NCBI GenBank assembly: GCA_016840425.1
Contig: JAEOSI010000052.1
Location: 1-11,455 of the forward strand
DNA: 11,455 nt
Reading direction: 5' to 3'
Source: Candidatus Wukongarchaeum yapensis
Lineage (GTDB): Archaea; Asgardarchaeota; Wukongarchaeia; Wukongarchaeales; Wukongarchaeaceae
Within the stretch, counting starts at the first letter, position 1; each line of letters begins with the position of its first letter. The position numbers were made by a program, and so were the translations under genes. Positions 1 through 5,500 of the stretch are shown here, one piece after another. The notes beneath the pieces were generated by a model that did no database searches, was not told the DNA's origin, and saw nothing but the letters and a program-made list of their open reading frames with translations.

Positions 1-1248
1 AAGGGATCCGGGTAATAAATACTTAAAATTTACGTTTTTAGGAAATAATCCTAAATATTCTTTACCTTTAAAATCAATAATAAGTGCTTTTAGCGCTGTT
101 TTTTTCACCAATTGTTCGATTATAGATGCTGTAAGCATTGTTTTCCCATAACCAGTCAAGCCTAAGATTACCATATGATGTATCAAATCGTTTACTTTAA
201 CTTTAACGGGATCAATAGCATTACCATTAAAGATTAGTTGTCCGAAGATTATTTCAGGATCAGAAGAAGAAGTATTGATGTTTAAAGGAATCTCAGTTTT
301 AGGTCTTTCAAAACGCGAAATACCTGGCAAGGGAGAGTTTGGTAATGAAAGATAAGTTTTTGCGTTTAGACCTGAAATTTTATTGGGGAAGAATCTAGAG
401 ATATAAAAATCTTTTAAAAGTATCTTCTTAAAAAAGTTTTTAACTTTCCTTTTTGTAGAAACAATTTTTATTTCAGATGGTTTTTTAGGGTTTAAAAGTG
501 CAGAAATTATGGATTTAGCGGCATATAAGCTTTCACGTAAGGTAGTTACATTTTCCGATCTTAAAACAACATAGAATGAAGATGAAAGAAGGTCATGCTG
601 ACAATCTTTAAATGAAGAAGGTTGGGAGGATTTATTTATATCAAAAAAACGCCTATAACCACTAAAATTCTTAGCTTTTCGTTCTTTAAAAACAAAATGT
701 ATTAAACTATCTGCTTTTAACTGCATACAAGCTTCAATGAGATTTTTGATGAAGTTTTTAATAGGTTTAGATGGTGAAATATTGCAATAAATATAGGCTG
801 CGTACATTTTCTTATTTCCGAAAAACATTCTTGGAAAGGAATTATTTCCCTTTTTTAAAGTTTTTAAGTCAGAATGGTTAAAAAAATGCTTTAAATTATC
901 AATATCGATTAATTGTGCATTTATTTGCGCATTTACAGCTTTTAGACTTCCTAAAAACTGCGAGGACAAAATCTGCATTTTTTCTTTAGCATTTTTAGGT
1001 CGTAATTTGGCGGATATCCAAAACCTTAAAGAGGCTTTTTTATCAAGTATCTCAATTTCATAGCAGTATTTTACGCCTTTTACGGTAAAAGAAAAAACCA
1101 AAGGAAAAGTCGAAGCGGAGAGAGGTAAGGAGACGAACTCAAAACAAGCAAAATAAATCTTCTTTTTAGTAGCCCATAAATAAACAAGAAAAGAAGAGGA
1201 GAAACAGATTAAAAATAAAAAAAGTGAAGAAACGCTTTTAAAAAGCAA
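1..1248 (-). CDS. Membrane-anchored P-loop NTPase, VirB4/HerA (FtsK-HerA superfamily)-like; N-terminal ~416 aa, 3' end lies outside the window
   Basis: My own minus-strand translation is open from the stop TAA (1254-1252) to base 1, in frame with base 1. It is absent from the ORF track because it is truncated and has no upstream ATG. The likely start is TTG at 1248, 10 nt downstream of GGGAGG (1264-1259). The N-terminus LFKSVSSLFLFLICFSSSFLVYLW is hydrophobic (a TM anchor). The Walker A motif HHMVILGLTGYGKTML has GLTGYGKT encoded at 162-139, around residue 363, followed by ALIIDFKGEY-like sequence. A long N-terminal domain ahead of the P-loop plus a TM anchor fits VirB4/CedB-type ATPases better than soluble HerA. 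The family assignment rests on motifs only. Confidence 0.6.
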   Translation of the reverse strand, partial: MLFKSVSSLFLFLICFSSSFLVYLWATKKKIYFACFEFVSLPLSASTFPLVFSFTVKGVKYCYEIEILDKKASLRFWISAKLRPKNAKEKMQILSSQFLGSLKAVNAQINAQLIDIDNLKHFFNHSDLKTLKKGNNSFPRMFFGNKKMYAAYIYCNISPSKPIKNFIKNLIEACMQLKADSLIHFVFKERKAKNFSGYRRFFDINKSSQPSSFKDCQHDLLSSSFYVVLRSENVTTLRESLYAAKSIISALLNPKKPSEIKIVSTKRKVKNFFKKILLKDFYISRFFPNKISGLNAKTYLSLPNSPLPGISRFERPKTEIPLNINTSSSDPEIIFGQLIFNGNAIDPVKVKVNDLIHHMVILGLTGYGKTMLTASIIEQLVKKTALKALIIDFKGKEYLGLFPKNVNFKYLLPGSL

Positions 1249-1276
1249 TCTTTAGAAGCCTCCCTAATTTTAAAGG

Positions 1277-1531
1277 TTATAAAATTAAAATAGGAGCAGT
1301 ACATATTACAAAAAGCATTATACCGCTTAAAATATAACTTCTTGCACGATAACTAAAATCGGTTATCATCAAGATACATCCTAGTATAATCATAATAAGT
1401 CCTATCAGTTGACCTAGCACAATAAGCCACTCAAAAGCCTTTTTAAGCCAAACAAGCAAGATATCAGGTAGGCGGGTCCATGCCTCCCAATATTCATCAG
1501 TGGAATTAATTTCTTTAAGAAATAAAACCAT
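1277..1531 (-). CDS. Small membrane protein with a two-TM helical hairpin (84 aa), co-oriented with and 28 nt upstream of the ATPase
   Basis: The ORF is in the track. There are two hydrophobic segments, WLIVLGQLIGLIMIILGCILMI and YILSGIMLFVICTAPILIL. A Shine-Dalgarno-like GAGGAT (1542-1537) lies just upstream of the ATG (1531-1529), and a TATA-like TTATAAAG is at 1572-1565 on the minus strand. I recognise no sequence family. Confidence 0.6.
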   Translation of the reverse strand: MVLFLKEINSTDEYWEAWTRLPDILLVWLKKAFEWLIVLGQLIGLIMIILGCILMITDFSYRARSYILSGIMLFVICTAPILIL

Positions 1532-1564
1532 AAGAGATCCTCAAAATTCTTTTACAAATTGAAA

Positions 1565-1572
1565 CTTTATAA
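1565..1572 (-). promoter_or_regulatory. Candidate TATA box for the minus-strand membrane-protein/ATPase operon
   Basis: The minus strand reads GGTTATAAAGT, about 35-40 nt upstream of the ATG at 1531. This is an archaeal TATA-like match judged by eye only. Confidence 0.3.
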
Positions 1573-1794
1573 CCACCAATAAAAAGAAACACCAATAAAC
1601 CAAAAAAGATTGGAAAAATTTTCGATTTTATTCAATGAAAAAATAAAAAGAAAGTATGAGATAAGGAATATTTTGAAAAAAGAGCCCTAAGAAAAGGCAG
1701 AAAAAAGGGGCATTTTTGCCATTAGAATAATTATATCTTAAAGAAAGAGAAGCCGATCCGCTAACCTTAAAAATAAAGAATGGAAAATAAATAT

Positions 1795-1812
1795 TTGGTG
1801 CCTCGGTGGGTC
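1795..1812 (+). other. 5' leader arm of a 16-bp leader-trailer helix enclosing the tRNA-Asp gene
   Basis: TTGGTGCCT (1795-1803) is perfectly complementary to AGGCACCAA (2045-2053). Pairing continues with G1805-G1806/C2043-C2044, G1808-G1810/C2040-C2042, T1811-G2039 (G-U) and C1812-G2038, with C1804 and T1807 bulged. The arm contains GCCTCGGTGG (1800-1809), a copy of tRNA positions 1813-1822. Confidence 0.6.
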
Positions 1813-1819
1813 GCCTCGG

Positions 1820-1848
1820 TGGTGGTAGCATGATGCGCCGCCGGGGAA
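1820..1848 (+). other. tRNA-Asp intron 1 (29 nt, between positions 7/8; equivalently 8/9, since T1820 and T1849 are identical)
   Basis: The central 4-bp helix is C1814-C1817/G1843-G1846 with one G-U. Three-nt bulges G1818-T1820 and A1847-T1849 lie on opposite strands. The inner helix is GGTGG 1821-1825 / CCGCC 1838-1842. The outer helix is essentially absent. Confidence 0.65.
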
Positions 1849-1870
1849 TAGTGTAGCCAGGCCTATCATC

Positions 1871-1898
1871 GCTAACGGTGAAGGATCGTTAGGGAGAG
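1871..1898 (+). other. tRNA-Asp intron 2 (28 nt, between positions 26/27)
   Basis: The inner helix is CTAACG 1872-1877 / CGTTAG 1887-1892. Three-nt bulges at 1869-1871 and 1897-1899 sit in exact BHB register. The central segment 1865-1868/1893-1896 has only two Watson-Crick pairs flanked by A-G juxtapositions. The outer helix 1858-1864/1900-1906 is 7 bp including two G-U. The boundary is uncertain by about 1 nt; C26 versus G26. Confidence 0.6.
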
Positions 1899-1910
1899 TG
1901 GGTCTGTCAC

Positions 1911-1933
1911 AGGAGTAAAAATGCTCCCAGAAG
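1911..1933 (+). other. tRNA-Asp intron 3 (23 nt, between positions 38/39, one nt 3' of the canonical site)
   Basis: The inner helix is GGAG 1912-1915 / CTCC 1924-1927, and the central helix is TCTG 1903-1906 / CAGA 1928-1931. The 3' bulge is AGA 1932-1934 and the outer helix is GGG 1900-1902 / CCC 1935-1937. The 5' bulge is 5 nt (1907-1911), so this is a relaxed BHB. Removal leaves the contiguous anticodon loop CTGTCAC. Confidence 0.6.
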
Positions 1934-1947
1934 ACCCAGGACCCGGG

Positions 1948-1974
1948 ACACATGAGCGGGCGCATGTGCGGGAA
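1948..1974 (+). other. tRNA-Asp intron 4 (27 nt, between positions 53/54 in the T arm)
   Basis: This is a near-textbook BHB. The central helix is CCCG 1942-1945 / CGGG 1969-1972. The 3-nt bulges are GGA 1946-1948 and AAT 1973-1975. The inner helix is CACATG 1949-1954 / CATGTG 1963-1968. The outer helix is short, A1941-T1976 and G1940-C1977. Confidence 0.75.
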
Positions 1975-1989
1975 TTCAAATCCCGGCCG

Positions 1990-2018
1990 AAGGAACTCAA
2001 AAAAGGGTTCCTGCCGAA
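1990..2018 (+). other. tRNA-Asp intron 5 (29 nt, between positions 68/69 in the 3' strand of the acceptor stem)
   Basis: This is a near-textbook BHB. The central helix is CGGC 1984-1987 / GCCG 2013-2016. The 3-nt bulges are CGA 1988-1990 and AAA 2017-2019. The inner helix is AGGAAC 1991-1996 / GTTCCT 2007-2012. The outer pairs are C1982-C1983/G2020-G2021. The predicted cuts recreate CCG|AGGC, the exact complement of GCCTCGG. Confidence 0.75.
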
Positions 2019-2037
2019 AGGCGCTATAAACTTAAAA

Positions 2038-2053
2038 GGCCCCCAGGCACCAA
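2038..2053 (+). other. 3' trailer arm of the leader-trailer helix enclosing tRNA-Asp
   Basis: GGCCCCCAGGCACCAA pairs with 1795-1812 (see the leader-arm feature). It is separated from the tRNA 3' end (G2023) by the 14-nt A/T-rich single strand CTATAAACTTAAAA (2024-2037). Confidence 0.6.
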
Positions 2054-2057
2054 AAAA

Positions 2058-2066
2058 TAATTTAAA
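2058..2066 (+). promoter_or_regulatory. Candidate TATA box for tRNA-Lys
   Basis: TAATTTAAA follows an A-rich (BRE-like) run and is centred about 29 nt upstream of the tRNA 5' end at 2091. Judged by eye only. Confidence 0.3.
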
Positions 2067-2090
2067 CTTTTCAATTTTAAAGAGTAAAAG

Positions 2091-2191
2091 GGGCCAATAG
2101 CTCAGCTAGAGCATATTTTAAATCTGTGGCAAAGTAGAGCGTCAGGCTTTTAACCTGATGGTCGGGGGTTCAAATCCCCCTTGGCCCGCCA
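2091..2191 (+). tRNA. tRNA-Lys (anticodon UUU) with an insertion/intron in the D-loop; 3' CCA genomically encoded
   Basis: The acceptor is GGGCCAA (2091-2097) / TTGGCCC (2181-2187), followed by discriminator G2188 and CCA 2189-2191. The anticodon arm is TCAGG-CTTTTAA-CCTGA, with TTT at 2149-2151. The variable loop is TGGTC and the T arm is GGGGG-TTCAAAT-CCCCC. The D-stem strands GCTC (2100-2103) and GAGC (2137-2140) are separated by 33 nt rather than the usual 7-11. Confidence 0.88.
2111..2132 (+). other. Best BHB-register candidate for the tRNA-Lys D-loop intron (22 nt); boundaries unresolved
   Basis: The central helix is GCTA 2105-2108 / TGGC 2127-2130 (4 bp, one G-U). The 3-nt bulges are GAG 2109-2111 and AAA 2131-2133. 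The inner helix is 2112-2117/2121-2126 with one mismatch. Caveat: the resulting D-loop, AGCTAGAAGTA, lacks the conserved G18G19 (the GG at 2128-2129 would be removed). An alternative register, 2106-2132, leaves only a 6-nt D-loop. Confidence 0.35.
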
Positions 2192-2444
2192 ACATTATAA
2201 ACCCGTATTAGAATTTAATTTGTTTTAAGAAAAGAGAATTAGAGGATATTGGATAATTGTTCTGGAAAAAATTTGGGAGAAATATTTTACTATTAAATTA
2301 CAAAGATATATCAAGAGTAGTTTCAATAAGTTTATAATTTTATATTTGGTTATCAAATAAAGTTGAAAAAAAAACTTTTAAATTAAAAAGGAAAAATTAA
2401 AAAAATAATGGTTTATTGATTGTAAGGGTGGCGACAAAAAGATT

Positions 2445-2464
2445 ATCGTAGCGATGCTTTTTTT
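2445..2464 (+). terminator. Small hairpin followed by a T7 tract (possible archaeal oligo-T terminator)
   Basis: ATCG-TAG-CGAT (2445-2455) is followed by GC and TTTTTTT (2458-2464) in otherwise featureless AT-rich spacer. No transcript can be assigned to it. Confidence 0.2.
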
Positions 2465-2567
2465 ACTTCCCAGAATACTAAAGAGAGAGCAATCTGAAGT
2501 TTCAATGTGAAATGAAAAATAAGTTCTAATTAATAATTTTGATTATAAAATAATTTTAGATGGGCGA

Positions 2568-2573
2568 GAGGTG
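2568..2573 (+). promoter_or_regulatory. Shine-Dalgarno-like site for rpoB
   Basis: GAGGTG lies 9 nt upstream of ATG 2583 and is complementary to the conserved archaeal 16S 3' end (..GAUCACCUCC). Confidence 0.5.
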
Positions 2574-2582
2574 CCTTATTAA

Positions 2583-5500
2583 ATGAGAACTAAAAATGAA
2601 GTGTGGGATATTTTAAATGTAATGTTAAATGATACTGGTTTAGTAAAACAACAACTCGATAGTTTTGATGATTTTATTACTCATGGAATGCAAGAAATAG
2701 TAAAAGAAGTAGGAAAAATAGAACCTGATATAGAGGGCTTTATGATAAGACTCGACAGGATAGAGATAGAAGAACCAAAAATAAGGGAGGCAGATGGAGC
2801 AACTAGACCAATATACCCCATGGAAGCACGAATAAGAAACCTAACTTATGGCGCCCCAGTTTATCTCTACATGACGCCAGTCTATGAACAGAATGGAATA
2901 CAAACACAAGAAGAACAAGTTCGTGTATATATAGGCATGATGCCTATAATGTTGCGTTCAAAAAAATGTATAACCAGTAATATGCCCCCTTCAAAACTTA
3001 TCAAAATAGGAGAAGATCCAAAAGATCCTGGAGGATATTTTATAATAAGTGGAAGTGAAAGGGTTTTAGTCACCCAAGAAGATTTAGCTCCAAATAAAAT
3101 ATTGGTTGAAAATGTGGGAGGAGTAAGTAACATAACAAGCAGGGCAAAAGTTCTTTCTACAGCAGGAGGGGTAAGAACCCCCTTAACCATTGAAAGAAAA
3201 AAAGATGGAACGATAAGCGTAAACGCGCCAGGTTTACCTCAGAAAATCCCATTAATAATCCACCTGAGAGCTTTAGGCCTCGAAACAGATAAAGAAATAA
3301 CCGAAGCGATAGGCCTTAATCCCGATATCCAAAAAGAGCTGCTGCCTTCAATAGAAGAAAGTATGGAAGTATCAGATGGAGAAGAAGCTTTAGATTATAT
3401 AGGGAGAAGGGTAGCAATAGGACAAACACAAGAATATCGAATAAAAAGGGCAGAAAACGTCTTAAACAGGTATCTATTACCACATCTTGGAACTACTAGC
3501 GAAAGCAAGCTAAAAAAAGCTCGATTTATAGGGATCATGACAAGAAGCATAATAGAACTATACCTGGGAATAAGAGAAGAAGACGATAAAGACCACTACT
3601 CCAATAAAAGGCTAAGATTAGCAGGAGACCTATTAAAAATCTTATTCAGAGTAGCATTTAATAGCCTTTGTAGAGACATAAAATATCAGACAGAAAGAGC
3701 GTCAATACGCGGAAAAACACCCAACCTTAAAACAGCAGTAAGAGCAGACGTGATAACAGACAGAATCAGCCACGCTTTGGCAACAGGAAACTGGGTAGGG
3801 GGAAAGACAGGGGTATCACAACTATTAGATAGAACAAACTACATATCAATGTTAAGCCATTTGAGGAGAGTAGTTAGCCCCTTAAGTAGAAACCAACCCC
3901 ACTTCCAAGCAAGAGATCTTCACCCCACACAATGGGGAAAAATATGCCCAAACGAAACACCTGAAGGACCAAATTGTGGACTCGTGAAAAACTTAGCACT
4001 CATGGCACATATAAGTCAAGGAACAGATGAAAAACGAGTATTACAAATACTGGTAGAAAGGGGCATGGAGCCTTTAGAGAGGCTTGAATATCCAGAAGGA
4101 AAAACGTGCGTATACCTAAACGGGACTCTAGTAGGGACACATGAAAAACCAGAACAATTAATAAACGAAATAAGGAAAAGCAGGAGAAGGGAGGAAATAA
4201 GCCAAGAAATAAATATTGCGTATCATCCGAAAGAAAAAGAAGTGATAGTAAACTGCGATTCAGGAAGAGTAAGAAGACCATTAGTAACAATAGAAGATGG
4301 AAAAAACCTCTTAGAAGAAAAACACATAGAGATGATACGAAAAGGAAAACTTCAATGGAAGGACCTTATTGCGAGCGCGATAATAGAATATTTAGACGCT
4401 GAAGAGGAAGAAAATGCATACATAGCTGTCATGCCCAATGAAATAACAAAAGAACACACACACGTAGAAATCTCGCCAGCATTCATATTAGGAGTAAGCG
4501 CATCCTTAATACCATTTGCAGAACATAACCAATCTCCTAGGAACACATACGAAGCAGGAATGGCAAAACAAGCACTAGGATTATACGCACCAAACTACAG
4601 AATAAGGGTAGATACAAGGGCGCACCTACTTCACTACTCCCAAACACCAATCGTAAGAACTCAAACAATAGATCTAATAGGATACGACAAAAGAGCAGCA
4701 GGACAAAACTTCGTAGTCGCAGTTTTAAGTTACGAAGGATACAACATAGAAGACGCATTAGTTATTAATAAAGCAAGTATAGAACGAGGATTAGCAAGAT
4801 CCACATTTTTCAGGACATATGACGCGGAAGAAAGAAAATATCCAGGCGGTCAAGAAGATCGATTCGAGATACCTACCAAAGATATTAGAGGATATAGGAT
4901 ACCTGAAGCCTACAGATACCTGAATGAAGACGGAATAATAGAACCTGAAACAGAAGTAATAGGAGGCATAGTAATTATTGGGAGAACATCACCCCCAAGG
5001 TTCATAGAAGAATATGCAAGGTTTGAAATACCAACACCCAACCGAAGAGAAACAAGCATAACAATGCGTCATGGAGAAAAAGGAGTAGTAGACGCAGTAA
5101 TATTAACGGAAACAAACGAAGGAAACAGGCTATTAAAAGTCAAGATAAGAGACGATAGAAAACCAACCCTTGGAGACAAATTCGCTTCAAGACATGGGCA
5201 AAAAGGAGTAATAGGGCAAATAGCATCGCAAGAAGATATGCCATTTACCGAAGACGGCATAGTACCCGACCTAATAATAAACCCGCATGCTATGCCCTCA
5301 AGGATGACTGTAGGACAACTTATAGAAAGCGCAACAGGAATAGCAGCAGCCATGGAAGGAAAACCAGCAGACGGAACACCCTTCATAGGCATAACCATAA
5401 AAGAGATAGAAAAAACCCTGAAAAAACACGGATACCACCCCGCAGGAGAAACAACACTATACGACGGCATAACAGGGGAAAAATACCCCGCAAGAATATA

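Larger units (their letters stand above)
1813..2023 (+). tRNA. tRNA-Asp (anticodon GUC) interrupted by five BHB-type introns; CCA not encoded
   Basis: Exons are 1813-1819, 1849-1870, 1899-1910, 1934-1947, 1975-1989 and 2019-2023. Joined, they give the 75-nt sequence GCCTCGG TA GTGT AGCCAGGCCTA TCAT C TGGGT CTGTCAC ACCCA GGAC CCGGG TTCAAAT CCCGG CCGAGGC G. The acceptor stem GCCTCGG/CCGAGGC is 7/7 Watson-Crick, but only once 1990-2018 is removed. The T arm CCGGG-TTCAAAT-CCCGG becomes canonical only once 1948-1974 is removed. The anticodon arm is TGGGT-CTGTCAC-ACCCA, with anticodon GTC at 1906-1908. U8, A14, G18G19, A21, a G10-U25 pair and discriminator G73 are all present, as expected for tRNA-Asp. 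Confidence 0.85.

Noticed and set aside
1800-1822. The tandem repeat GCCTCGGTGG-GTC-GCCTCGGTGG as a possible CRISPR array, microsatellite or att site.
   Set aside because: There are only two 10-nt copies 3 nt apart, so it is not a repeat-spacer array. One copy is the tRNA 5' end and the other is part of the leader helix. A simple integration att duplication would flank an inserted element rather than sit in tandem.
1826-1837. ATGATGC in the loop of intron 1 as a possible C box of an intron-encoded C/D box sRNA, as in some archaeal tRNA-Trp introns.
   Set aside because: It is not a full RUGAUGA C box, there is no CUGA D box or C'/D' pair, and the 29-nt intron is too short.
1755-1877. GATCCGCTAACC (1755-1766) resembles the exon 2/intron 2 junction ATCGCTAACG (1868-1877), which could be a relic of a tRNA fragment duplication.
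   Set aside because: The match is only about 10 nt and includes an indel. It is within chance expectation and has no supporting flanking similarity.
1628-1965. Track ORFs 1628..1831 (-) and 1738..1965 (-).
   Set aside because: They lie antisense across the tRNA-Asp gene and its upstream spacer. They exist only because the GC-rich RNA gene lacks stop codons. They have no RBS and no recognisable protein features.
1797-2052. The GC-rich, roughly 256-nt structured block with paired ends might be an SRP (7S) RNA, an RNase P RNA, a 5S rRNA or a tmRNA-like molecule.
   Set aside because: Neither strand has an RNase P CR-I/CR-V-type motif (GGAAAGTCC / ACAGAAnnCGGCTTA). Neither has an SRP helix-8 motif of the GGAAGCAGCC / GGGAGCAAC type closed by a GNRA loop. 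Neither has the 5S CCGAAC..GGAAGTTAAGC core, and archaea lack tmRNA. Every nucleotide is accounted for by tRNA-Asp exons, five BHB introns and a flanking helix.
2192-2582. A hidden small ORF or C/D box sRNA in the spacer upstream of rpoB.
   Set aside because: The longest ATG ORFs are under 20 codons (for example 2455-2511). No C box/D box pair is present. Only a weak hairpin plus T-tract was kept, as a low-confidence feature.
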